From NCBI GenBank assembly GCA_030620065.1, contig JAUXFJ010000001.1, positions 1 to 26,050 on the forward strand: a DNA stretch of 26,050 nt. The letters are read 5' to 3'. Below the pieces are notes generated by a model. That model was not told the DNA's origin. It did not search any database and saw nothing but the letters and a program-made list of their open reading frames with translations. Shown piece by piece: positions 8,092-16,983 of this stretch (positions are counted from its first letter, which is position 1; every line of letters starts with the position of its first letter). This DNA is from Anaerolineaceae bacterium. GTDB lineage: Bacteria; Chloroflexota; Anaerolineae; Anaerolineales; Anaerolineaceae. Position numbers and translations under genes: made by a program.

Positions 8092-10482
8092 TCATGGTAT
8101 GACTGCGTAAAAGAGCTGGTGACTAAAAGCAAGGAATGCCCTGCGGTTGGCTGCAATCGCAAATGCAGTCGCTTCGTTTCCTTCAACATCATATTCGCCG
8201 AAGTTTGGACGGTAAATGCGGTTCAGGTTCAGACGTAAACTAAATTGATAGATATCTGCATACCCCGGAGCTAGTAAGAAAATCGAAGGATCCGGCGGCG
8301 GAGAATATAAAACCTGGTTGAATTGCAGCTCCGGCAAATTTAGTGATCGTACACCCACTCGCTCATCATGGTATGGTTCCGGATCTATGCACTTGATCGG
8401 TGCAAATTCAAAACCGCTGGCAATACAACTCGCAAGATGACCATCATTATGCAACATATATAGTTCATCCCCATTGTCGGTGATATCCACAACCGTACTT
8501 ACATCCAAAGGGAATCCCTCAAAATAAAATCTTGGTGCTGTTTCAAACCTAGATGCGTTTCCTTCATAAACCCAGATCGCATTTTTGCTTGGGTCAAGCA
8601 GGAAAAGGCGCTGTGAATCATAAGCCATGCTCTGAATGACACCCCAACCTCGGTCAGGTGTGATCAGGCTGCGTGCTTCAGGCTCTTTCCCGGTGGTACA
8701 GTAGAGAATATTCCCGCTGCTATCCACAGCCAGGATCGGTGCCCTAAATTCGTTATTTATCGGAATCGAAACTACATCAACCAGATTACCCACAGTGATG
8801 CTGCTATACTGCCCCGCCTGACAAATAAATCCTGCATCCACCTCATATCCATTACCGCCCAAGGTCAGGTGGATCACACGCCCCTGGGATGCATCCAATA
8901 AATACAGGTCGCTGCCCAAGGCGATTATGTGGCGGATATCAATCTCATTGTAAAGTTCACCCACGATCGCTGGTTGGAATGCCAGACGTTCTGCACCGTC
9001 TAATGCATCAAGCGCACTTTGAGCCTGAGTAATTAGAGCTCTTAGTTCCTCAGAATCGCGATAATCTGATGCCTGGTCTGCCCAGATAAGCGCTTGTCCC
9101 CAAACGCTGCGCTGTGTTTCCACGTCACTGGCAATTTGCGCGTTGGCAACAGCTGCTTGAGCCTGCGAGAAATAATATAAATACTGCTGCTCTTTGCCAC
9201 GTCCTACGTATACGCTTACAGCTATAGCCACAACAAGCAAAGGTATTGCTATAGCAATAAAAAACATCGTTCCGCGTGAGAGCTTGGGTTGGCCTACGCC
9301 TGTCTTTGGAGATATTTTCCCTATCAGGTCTCTAAAGAAAGTCTTAACGATATTCTTTGCCCTGTGCAGCCACTCGAAGAACGTGGAAAGCCCTTTCAAA
9401 CCAGCCCGTTCGAGTTTTTCGAACTGCACACCTGATTTTGTTTGTGGATCATCTTCAGCCTTTTCGAATTCGACTTTTGGAAACGTTGCATTCTCTGTCG
9501 CTATCGGCTGCACCTTCTCCACAGCCTCACTCTTGAGCACCGAGGTTTTGCTGATATCGGACACACCTTCCAAGTTTTCCTTAGCCCGCGCCGTTTCTTC
9601 TGGTACTAGTGCGCTATCCCCTGCTTCACGATCCGCTTGCTTAATCTCAGCATTTACAGCTTTTCCATCATTTTTTAATATTGGACTAACGGATTCTGTT
9701 ACTGGCCGAGGGGGGCGGATATCACGCGCCAAGTCATTCTCGCGCGCTAGAACCGCGCCCGTTGGACTGCTACTTTGCACAATCCGCCCTTCTTTTGGAC
9801 GTATGATGTTAACAGCCCCCTCACCAGCCTGCAGCTGAATCAGCCCAGCGCATTGATTTAAAGGCATCTTATGATGCAGTCTGCGCCACAGCTGTTCTAT
9901 TTCTGGTCTACCCTGTGAAACAAGGTTATCTTGATTCCAGCTTTCAGGCGGCTCAGGTGAAATGATCAGATAATCACCGTCATCAATAGCATTTTGGAAG
10001 TAGCGTATCTTGGGGCTTCGGCTCAAACCCAATCCGCGGTTCCCCAAATCCGTATCAAAAAAGTGGATAAGGCCACCTTTATTGATCAACAATGCATGCG
10101 TGATCCCGCACTGGGAAATAAACAAAGTATCGTGGTGGATTACGGCCAAATTCAAGTAAGCAGATATTCTGTCCCGATCCTCAACCAGTTTAAGATTTCG
10201 CTCCAATAGGGAAACGTTGAGTGTATCAATGACCACGCGCATGGCTGAGGTTACAGAACCTGATGTTTTAAAGAAAACACTACTTAATCGTTTCAGCCAC
10301 TCTGTTTGGCTTTGAGGTGAAAGGAGCTTGCTACCTTTTAAAGTTAAGAAAATTATCAGCGAATCTTCCTGTCTACCTCGTGCAGATCTTTTGGGTGCCC
10401 TGGCAGCGTAAAACCCGGGCGTTTCATCTTGAAGCTGCCCACTGGTATAACTTAGGGAAATTAAATTAAGATCAAACATCAT
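8092..10482 (-). CDS. Large membrane protein: degenerate PP2C-like N-terminal domain, charged linker, single TM helix, predicted NHL/beta-propeller-like C-terminal domain
   Basis: 796-aa ORF. AGGA lies 6 nt upstream of ATG 10482. TM segment MFFIAIAIPLLVVAIAVSVYV. C-terminal repeats such as DLYLLDASQGRV, RLFLLDPSKNAIWVY and ELYMLHNDG. The domain assignments are by eye. Confidence 0.75.
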   Translation of the reverse strand: MMFDLNLISLSYTSGQLQDETPGFYAARAPKRSARGRQEDSLIIFLTLKGSKLLSPQSQTEWLKRLSSVFFKTSGSVTSAMRVVIDTLNVSLLERNLKLVEDRDRISAYLNLAVIHHDTLFISQCGITHALLINKGGLIHFFDTDLGNRGLGLSRSPKIRYFQNAIDDGDYLIISPEPPESWNQDNLVSQGRPEIEQLWRRLHHKMPLNQCAGLIQLQAGEGAVNIIRPKEGRIVQSSSPTGAVLARENDLARDIRPPRPVTESVSPILKNDGKAVNAEIKQADREAGDSALVPEETARAKENLEGVSDISKTSVLKSEAVEKVQPIATENATFPKVEFEKAEDDPQTKSGVQFEKLERAGLKGLSTFFEWLHRAKNIVKTFFRDLIGKISPKTGVGQPKLSRGTMFFIAIAIPLLVVAIAVSVYVGRGKEQQYLYYFSQAQAAVANAQIASDVETQRSVWGQALIWADQASDYRDSEELRALITQAQSALDALDGAERLAFQPAIVGELYNEIDIRHIIALGSDLYLLDASQGRVIHLTLGGNGYEVDAGFICQAGQYSSITVGNLVDVVSIPINNEFRAPILAVDSSGNILYCTTGKEPEARSLITPDRGWGVIQSMAYDSQRLFLLDPSKNAIWVYEGNASRFETAPRFYFEGFPLDVSTVVDITDNGDELYMLHNDGHLASCIASGFEFAPIKCIDPEPYHDERVGVRSLNLPELQFNQVLYSPPPDPSIFLLAPGYADIYQFSLRLNLNRIYRPNFGEYDVEGNEATAFAIAANRRAFLAFSHQLFYAVIP

Positions 10483-10538
10483 TACCATTCCTGTCTGTAA
10501 ATCGCAATTGAAGTGAAAGCACCAGTAAAACTAATACT

Positions 10539-10544
10539 ATTATA
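10539..10544 (-). promoter_or_regulatory. Candidate -10 box for the 796-aa membrane protein gene
   Basis: Minus strand TATAAT about 55 nt upstream of the start, in the short divergent intergenic region. Confidence 0.45.
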
Positions 10545-10568
10545 CAATACACAAATCAAACCGCAGGG

Positions 10569-10574
10569 TATAAT
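10569..10574 (+). promoter_or_regulatory. -10 box 7 nt upstream of the GNAT start codon (leaderless configuration)
   Basis: GGG-TATAAT-CTTAAAA-ATG, with no SD between the box and the ATG. Confidence 0.55.
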
Positions 10575-10581
10575 CTTAAAA

Positions 10582-11610
10582 ATGGAATTTAATGTTATTA
10601 CGACACTTGATGAGTTGGATACCATTGCTGTAGAATGGAATGCCTTATTAGAGAACAGTGCAAGTCATGTGCCATTCCTTCGTTATGAATATCTACATGC
10701 CTGGTGGAAAACCCGCGGCGGTGGTGAATGGCCCTTTGATCAAAGCCGACTGAAGGTCATCACAGCCAAACAAGATGGGCATTTACTTGGCATCGCGCCC
10801 CTCTTCTCAGCACCTAACCTTCAAAATGAACCCTCGTTGCTCTTTATTGGTTCAATAGAAGTTTCTGATTTTCTAGATTTTATCGTCAACCCACATGACC
10901 TGCCAGCATTTATCCCCGCTTTATTGGACTTCCTAGAGGAGCAAGATGACCCCAAATGGCAGACACTTGACCTCTACAACATCCTCGACGATTCGCCCAC
11001 ATTAGCGATACTTAAAGCCAGCGCTGAAACCAAAGGCTGGTCATACACGCAGGAAAAGCTTCAGCCGTCTCCATATATCACCCTGCCTGGTGATTGGGAA
11101 AACTATCTTGCTGGCATCGATAAAAAACAGCATCACGAGGTCCGTCGCAAGCTGCGCCGAACGGCTGAAGCACCCATACAGGCTAACTGGTATACGGTTA
11201 AAGAGGGACAAAAGCTCGCAACAGAAACTCAATCTTTTATTGATATGATGGCTGGTGATCCCGAAAAACAAAATTTTCTTACCGATCTCATGAGTCAGCA
11301 TCTCCATAACACTGCCCGTGTGGCTTTTGAAAATGATTGGCTGCAACTATCATTCCTCACTCTAGGTGGTGAAAAAGCTGCCGCTTATATGAGTTTCATT
11401 TATGACCAACGCTTATGGGTCTACAACTCGGGATGGAATCTGAAATATTCAGAGTTTTCTCCAGGCTGGGTTTTGCTGGCGAATCTACTTAAATGGTCAA
11501 ACGATAATGAAATCCACGAATTTGATTTCATGCGTGGTGACGAAAGGTATAAATACAAATTTGGTGGCGTAGATCGTTATGTGATACGCGCGGTCCTGCG
11601 CCAAGCCTGA
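10582..11610 (+). CDS. GNAT-family acetyltransferase (CelD/BcsL-like, Acetyltransf_6)
   Basis: EWNALLENS...PFLRYEYLHAWW, LLGIAPL, W.NYLAGIDKK..HEVRRKLRR, YNSGWN..YSEFSPGWVLL, FDFMRGDERYKYKFG. The start is taken as ATG 10582 (MEFNVITT) rather than the ORF-track GTG at 10513. Confidence 0.88.
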   Translation: MEFNVITTLDELDTIAVEWNALLENSASHVPFLRYEYLHAWWKTRGGGEWPFDQSRLKVITAKQDGHLLGIAPLFSAPNLQNEPSLLFIGSIEVSDFLDFIVNPHDLPAFIPALLDFLEEQDDPKWQTLDLYNILDDSPTLAILKASAETKGWSYTQEKLQPSPYITLPGDWENYLAGIDKKQHHEVRRKLRRTAEAPIQANWYTVKEGQKLATETQSFIDMMAGDPEKQNFLTDLMSQHLHNTARVAFENDWLQLSFLTLGGEKAAAYMSFIYDQRLWVYNSGWNLKYSEFSPGWVLLANLLKWSNDNEIHEFDFMRGDERYKYKFGGVDRYVIRAVLRQA

Positions 11611-11655
11611 TCCTAACTCTTTCAAGCTACTGTCTATACTTCAAAGAACGTTATT

Positions 11656-12924
11656 TCACCAATGCACTTCAGGCAGAGTTTTATGGTAGCTGCGTAACAA
11701 CAGCTCAACTTGTTCATCCTCGGTACCGCTGCCAGCAGTGCTTTTTAATGCCTTTACCCCCACCATCTGTACGGCATCTTTTGCAAATTGCCCCGATTCC
11801 GCGACGATATCCGGTTTGAGCAGCACATGGTAAATTCGCCCTTCTGAATCCGTCTGCACATCAAAAATCGCTTCAAAATACCTTACACCAGCTGCAAACA
11901 CCTTCTGATAAATTCGTTTGCCCGAGCGGCTTGAGATCGCAAGGCAGACAGGTTCCATTGAAGGTTGCACCAAGTCAAATTCCACCCGGTAGAGCCCAGC
12001 GTAAGGTGATGTAAAAGACCGCACCTGCCCCTGCTCCTCTAATAAAAAAAGTTCCCGCTCTTGGTCGCCATATGGATGCGCACCCAGACAGACCCACGCG
12101 CCAACGCTTGGATCGAAAAATAAGGGTGCGATCGTCTCGCTGATCGGACATAAACCCTGAGGTAGGCTAGCACTGAATTCTCCCTGCGCATGTTTGTGCC
12201 CATAAAACAGCAAGTTTTCGCAAGTCTGAAGATCGTGATACTGAACCTGGTAATCCTGAAGTTGAATGCAAGAGTCAGGCTTTAAAACCGGTACGCGGCT
12301 GCCCTCCTGTAATTCGAGACTATTCTGCGGGATACCCCGATATGCAACACGGGAAAAAACAGATTGACTGACAGCCTGATAGGTATCTAGATCCATCTCA
12401 TTGATATGATGCAGATTGAGATTGTCCCCACCAGGACTGAAGAGCTTCTGGTTGGGTGTGGTCACCATGCAAAACCCTTGCGGTTTAAGCACGCGTTTAA
12501 TCTCGACTAAAAAACCCTCACCTGACATTATATGTTCAATCACTTGTGACGAAAAAACAAAATCAAAGGACTCGTCTGGAAATGGTAGGTTAAGGGCACT
12601 ACCCCGCGAGAATCTCAGCCGTGGATGGGCATAGACCTGCCTGGCATAATCCAACGCACCTTCATGAATATCAATCGCATCCACACTGTTTGCTGAATAA
12701 CTCGCTAAGAAGAAAGCCCCATATCCAGAGCCACAACCCACATCCAATACCCGCCGCCCGAAGGCATAGCGCAGCGCCTCCCGATAAGATGCCATATGCC
12801 CCAGGTGCATTGCTGCACCATACTGCTTCGCCAGAGGAACATGGCGTTCTCCTAACAAGGCATTGACAGCATCTGTCGGACTTGAAAACGGACTAACATC
12901 TTCTGACAAATATAGCGCACCCAT
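11656..12924 (-). CDS. Class I SAM-dependent methyltransferase with an unassigned C-terminal domain
   Basis: SAM motif VLDVGCGSGYG, AIDI, LPFPDESFDFVFSSQVIEH, RVLKPQG, TTPN...HINE. GGAG SD lies upstream of the start. Confidence 0.9.
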   Translation of the reverse strand: MGALYLSEDVSPFSSPTDAVNALLGERHVPLAKQYGAAMHLGHMASYREALRYAFGRRVLDVGCGSGYGAFFLASYSANSVDAIDIHEGALDYARQVYAHPRLRFSRGSALNLPFPDESFDFVFSSQVIEHIMSGEGFLVEIKRVLKPQGFCMVTTPNQKLFSPGGDNLNLHHINEMDLDTYQAVSQSVFSRVAYRGIPQNSLELQEGSRVPVLKPDSCIQLQDYQVQYHDLQTCENLLFYGHKHAQGEFSASLPQGLCPISETIAPLFFDPSVGAWVCLGAHPYGDQERELFLLEEQGQVRSFTSPYAGLYRVEFDLVQPSMEPVCLAISSRSGKRIYQKVFAAGVRYFEAIFDVQTDSEGRIYHVLLKPDIVAESGQFAKDAVQMVGVKALKSTAGSGTEDEQVELLLRSYHKTLPEVHW

Positions 12925-12969
12925 AAAATTCTCCGCTTGATAAGTTTGCTTCTCATTAGGTCAACTCTT

Positions 12970-12999
12970 ATTATATCCATCTCTTATCAGGTTTAGCAA
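12970..12999 (-). promoter_or_regulatory. Sigma70-type promoter for the methyltransferase gene
   Basis: Minus strand TTGCTA (12999-12994), an 18-nt spacer, then TATAAT (12975-12970). Confidence 0.55.
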
Positions 13000-13126
13000 A
13001 CATTTTGCTTATTCGCTAAGGTTCAGGATTCAATAAGCATACTAAAATTATCATCTAATGGTCACCTCCTTCTTGTCCGCCCATGGACTCTAATAAAAGG
13101 TTAATATGCCTGCGGGGCTGTCTTTC

Positions 13127-13155
13127 TTGACGCATATATTTGCTCATGGTATTAT
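13127..13155 (+). promoter_or_regulatory. Sigma70-type promoter of the hrcA-grpE-dnaK-dnaJ-prmA operon
   Basis: TTGACG (13127-13132), a 17-nt spacer, then TG-G-TATTAT (extended -10, 13150-13155), immediately upstream of CIRCE. Confidence 0.85.
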
Positions 13156-13168
13156 TAATTGCTTGATT

Positions 13169-13195
13169 TTAGCACTCTCGCCTCGAGAGTGCTAA
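13169..13195. promoter_or_regulatory. CIRCE element (HrcA operator)
   Basis: Exact TTAGCACTC-N9-GAGTGCTAA consensus, 18 nt upstream of the hrcA start. Confidence 0.98.
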
Positions 13196-13213
13196 AATCA
13201 ATAAAAAGGTGCT

Positions 13214-14248
13214 ATGAACGAATTAACTGAACGTCAAAAGCTGATCTTAACCCTCATTGTGCATGAGCATACGCACACGACCCAGCCAGTGGGCTCAAAA
13301 GCGATGGTGAATAAATATAATCTGCGTATGAGTTCAGCGACGGTACGCAATGAAATGGCAGCCCTTACAGATTTGGGCTACCTGCGTCAGCCGCATACTT
13401 CAGCTGGACGTATTCCTACCGAGGAGGGCTACCGTATTTTCGTCAGCAAACTAGTGCAGCGAACAAACCTGCCTATGACAACGCGGCGGACAATTAGCCA
13501 TCAATTTTATCAATCACGTCAGGACCTTGAACAGTGGCTAAGATTAGCGGCATCCATCTTGGCGAATCAATCGCAGGCTGCATCTTTAGTCACTGCACCG
13601 CATTCAGAAAAAGCACTTTTTAAACACCTTGAGCTTATTGCAACGCGTGGCCATCAGATACTGCTGGTTATGGTGCTGGTGGGCGGAGAGATTCGTCAAC
13701 AAATATTCTCCCTTCCAGAGCCCATTTCGCAAGAACAACTCTCAACCATCGCCACAAAGATCACGAATCTCTGTCAAAACTGCAGTGCTGACCAACTTGA
13801 TGCGCTGCATCCTCAACTCGACCCTGTCGGAAAAGAGATACTGGTTGTAGTTCAAGAAGAAATGGCACTTTCAGAAAAACTAATCACTGGCGATATCTAC
13901 CTGGACGGTATGACTAACATCCTGGCTGAGCCAGAGTTTGCCGAGTCAGAAGAGGCTCGTCAGGCGCTGAAACTTTTAGAAGAGCGTTCCCTGCTAGAAG
14001 ATCTACTTGCACGCACCATCATGACCAGCACAATCGGTGGCGTGCAGGTACTCATCGGTGGTGAAGGCACCTGGGATGAGCTACGCCAGTGCTCAATAGT
14101 TCTGGCACGTTACGGCTCGCCCGGAGTACTTACTGGCACGCTTGGCGTCCTTGGACCCATGCGCATGCCTTATGGCCATACTATCTCAACCGTAAGATTC
14201 GTGGCTGATGTTCTCAGCGACCTCGTGACAGAGACGCTCATTAATTAA
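13214..14248 (+). CDS. hrcA: Heat-inducible transcription repressor HrcA
   Basis: LTERQKLIL...PVGSK...SSATVRNEMA.L...GYL.QPHTSAGRIPTEEGYR and GTLGVLGPMRMPY. Preceded by CIRCE. Confidence 0.98.
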   Translation: MNELTERQKLILTLIVHEHTHTTQPVGSKAMVNKYNLRMSSATVRNEMAALTDLGYLRQPHTSAGRIPTEEGYRIFVSKLVQRTNLPMTTRRTISHQFYQSRQDLEQWLRLAASILANQSQAASLVTAPHSEKALFKHLELIATRGHQILLVMVLVGGEIRQQIFSLPEPISQEQLSTIATKITNLCQNCSADQLDALHPQLDPVGKEILVVVQEEMALSEKLITGDIYLDGMTNILAEPEFAESEEARQALKLLEERSLLEDLLARTIMTSTIGGVQVLIGGEGTWDELRQCSIVLARYGSPGVLTGTLGVLGPMRMPYGHTISTVRFVADVLSDLVTETLIN

Positions 14249-14292
14249 CTTATAAATAGTTTTATCTCATTTTTATTATCATGGAGATTTTT

Positions 14293-14895
14293 ATGCGTAA
14301 AAACAAAAAAGAAGACAATAACCTAAACCCTGAAGAGGAAAACAACAAAGAGAATGAAAGTTCTGAGGAATCCTCAGAACAAGAAACAGAATCCGAAGTT
14401 CAACCTATGGTTGCCCTGAGTATTGATGAATATGATGGGCTGCAAAAGCAAATTGACCAGCTCCAATCACAAGTAGATGAATACCTGGATGGACTACAGC
14501 GTGAACGTGCAAACTTTGCCAATTACAAGAAACGCATTGATCAAGAGAGTGTCAATACTTATAACAATGCTCTTTCTGATCTTGTAAAGAACTTCCTGTA
14601 TATCTCGGATGACCTTGAAAGGGCGCTTAATAATCGCCCGGCAGATAGTGAAAGCACCTCCTGGGTAAATGGGATCGAGTTAATCCATCAAAAACTGTTA
14701 AGCTCCCTGGAAACTCATGGGCTCGAACGCATGAAATCATCACCTGGGGATGAATTCGACCCCAAACAACACGAGGCTGTCACCCACGAAGATAATCCCG
14801 ATTATGAAAACGGACAAATCATTGAAGTCCTTCAACCTGGTTATCAAATAAACGAACGCATCATTCGCCCTGCCCTTGTGCGGGTCGCAAAATAG
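14293..14895 (+). CDS. grpE: Nucleotide exchange factor GrpE
   Basis: [48 protein letters not shown]. The start is set at ATG 14293 (GGAGA 5 nt upstream). Confidence 0.97.
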   Translation: MRKNKKEDNNLNPEEENNKENESSEESSEQETESEVQPMVALSIDEYDGLQKQIDQLQSQVDEYLDGLQRERANFANYKKRIDQESVNTYNNALSDLVKNFLYISDDLERALNNRPADSESTSWVNGIELIHQKLLSSLETHGLERMKSSPGDEFDPKQHEAVTHEDNPDYENGQIIEVLQPGYQINERIIRPALVRVAK

Positions 14896-14905
14896 GAGAA
14901 ATAAT

Positions 14906-16825
14906 ATGTCAAAGATCATTGGAATCGACCTTGGAACAACGAACTCTGCTGCCGCTGTCATGATGGGCGGGGAAGCGGTTATCATCCCTTCAGCTGAAGG
15001 TGAACGGCTAGTGCCTTCAGTTGTTGCCATAAATAAAAATGGAGAACGCCTTGTTGGTCGTGTGGCTCGCAACCAGGCAATCATTAACCCGGAAAACACC
15101 ATCTTTTCAATCAAACGCTTCATGGGACGCAAATTTAACGATCCGGAAGTAAAGCGAGCACTGAAGCACGTGCCATACAAAGTCTCCAAAGCCCCTAATG
15201 GCGATATTCGCGTTGTGTTGGGTGGTCAGGAATATTCTGCACCTGAGATCTCAGCGATGATCCTTGCAAAGATCAAACGCGATGCAGAAGCTTACCTTGG
15301 CGAACCTGTTACACAAGCAGTTATCACCGTTCCGGCATACTTTAATGATGCTCAACGAAATGCCACCAAGGACGCAGGTAAAATCGCCGGTCTCGATGTT
15401 CTGCGCATCATCAACGAGCCGACAGCTTCCTCATTGGCTTATGGTTTGGACAAACGCAAAAATGAGGTCATCAGCGTTTATGACCTGGGCGGTGGCACAT
15501 TTGATGTTTCCATCCTTGATGTCGGTGAAGGCGTTTTTCAAGTACGCTCAACCAGCGGTGACACTTTCCTGGGTGGCGATGATTTCGATCGACGCCTGAT
15601 CGACTACCTCGCTGACGAATTTAAGAAAAACCAAGGCATTGACCTACGCCAAGACCGCCAGGCTCTGCAGCGTCTAAAAGAAGCAGCTGAAAAGGCAAAG
15701 ATCGAGCTCTCAACCGTGATGCAAGCGGAGATCAATCTCCCATATATCACCGCAGATGCCTCTGGCCCTAAACATCTCGTAACAACAATGTCACGCTCCA
15801 AGCTTGAGCAGCTTACAGAAGATCTCATCAACCGCACCCTTGGTCCGGTTAAACAAGCGCTGCAAGATGCAAACCTCAAACCAGCTGACATTGATGAAAT
15901 CGTAATGGTCGGTGGTATGACACGTATGCCCGCAATTCAAGAGCTTGTACGCAAAGAATTTAATAAAGAACCCCATAAAGGTGTTAATCCAGACGAAGTC
16001 GTCGCTGTTGGTGCTGCCATACAAGCTGGTGTGCTGGGTGGTGAGGTAAAAGACATTCTGCTTTTGGACGTCACGCCTCTGACCCTCTCTATTGAAACGC
16101 TTGGCAGCGTTGCCACTCCCTTGATCAAACGCAATACAACCATCCCGACGCGTGAAAGTCAAGTATTTTCAACCGCCAGTGATAGTCAAACCCAGGTCGA
16201 GATCCATATTTTACAAGGTGAACGTCCCCTGGCAGCAGATAATAAATCCCTTGGCAAATTCAGCCTGGATGGTATTCCCCCAGCGCCGCGTGGTGTACCC
16301 CAAATCGAAGTAACTTTCGATATCGATGTCAACGGTATCCTGGAAGTTACCGCAAAGGATAAAGCAACCAGCCGCAGCCAAAATATCACCATCACTGCCT
16401 CTTCCGGTTTGAGTGAATCCGAAGTTGAGCAAATGCGCCGCGAGGCTGAATTGCATGCTGAAGAAGACCTTAAACGGCGTGAGCTCATCGAAGCGCGTAA
16501 CAATGCTGATAGCACGATCTACTCTGCTGAAAAAACCCTGCGCGACCTTGGCGACAAAGTACCTGCTGATATTAAATCACAGGTAGAAGATGCCGTGAAG
16601 AAAGTTAGCGAAGTTAAAGATGGAGATGATACGGAAGCGACCACAAAAGAGGTTGAAGCGCTTGTTCAGGTGTTGCAACAGATCGGCCAGGCAGCCTATG
16701 CACAGGAAGAAAACCCCACTGACGAGTCTTCCCAAGACCCGGAATCAGACTCCGAAGCTGCCTCTGAAGATAAAACTACGCCTGACGATGAAGATGTCGT
16801 TGATGGCGAATTCAAACAAGTTTGA
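14906..16825 (+). CDS. dnaK: Chaperone DnaK (Hsp70)
   Basis: [53 protein letters not shown]-terminal DVVDGEF. The SD (TAGGAG) overlaps the grpE stop. Confidence 0.99.
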   Translation: MSKIIGIDLGTTNSAAAVMMGGEAVIIPSAEGERLVPSVVAINKNGERLVGRVARNQAIINPENTIFSIKRFMGRKFNDPEVKRALKHVPYKVSKAPNGDIRVVLGGQEYSAPEISAMILAKIKRDAEAYLGEPVTQAVITVPAYFNDAQRNATKDAGKIAGLDVLRIINEPTASSLAYGLDKRKNEVISVYDLGGGTFDVSILDVGEGVFQVRSTSGDTFLGGDDFDRRLIDYLADEFKKNQGIDLRQDRQALQRLKEAAEKAKIELSTVMQAEINLPYITADASGPKHLVTTMSRSKLEQLTEDLINRTLGPVKQALQDANLKPADIDEIVMVGGMTRMPAIQELVRKEFNKEPHKGVNPDEVVAVGAAIQAGVLGGEVKDILLLDVTPLTLSIETLGSVATPLIKRNTTIPTRESQVFSTASDSQTQVEIHILQGERPLAADNKSLGKFSLDGIPPAPRGVPQIEVTFDIDVNGILEVTAKDKATSRSQNITITASSGLSESEVEQMRREAELHAEEDLKRRELIEARNNADSTIYSAEKTLRDLGDKVPADIKSQVEDAVKKVSEVKDGDDTEATTKEVEALVQVLQQIGQAAYAQEENPTDESSQDPESDSEAASEDKTTPDDEDVVDGEFKQV

Positions 16826-16855
16826 TCAAACCTGCATTAGCAAGCTGAGCATAAA

Positions 16856-16883
16856 GAGGTGTCCTGCCGGTTTTGGACACCTC
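16856..16883 (+). other. Intercistronic stem-loop between dnaK and dnaJ
   Basis: GAGGTGTCC/GGACACCTC forms a perfect 9-bp stem with a 10-nt loop and no U-tract. Confidence 0.6.
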
Positions 16884-16983
16884 ATACGAACCGGATAAGA
16901 ATGATCAGCAATATTTCAAACTGACCAAGGAACAGGTTCATTCCGTCTAGAAATTATATGCCACGACGAACTGAAAAGAGCTT

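Noticed and set aside
16140-16330. Glu at usually basic or polar positions in DnaK (PTRESQ, GILEVT) as part of a systematic A-to-G error or editing pattern with dnaB and kamA
   Set aside because: These DnaK positions vary among homologues. Too few cases can be judged by eye to claim a pattern, and read data would be needed.
14740-16515. Several long minus-strand ORFs antisense to grpE/dnaK (14740-15189, 15604-15891, 15791-16162, 16186-16515)
   Set aside because: They are shadow ORFs of a highly conserved gene. Antisense open frames opposite hsp70/dnaK are a known codon-pattern artefact, and these have no SD or domain signal.
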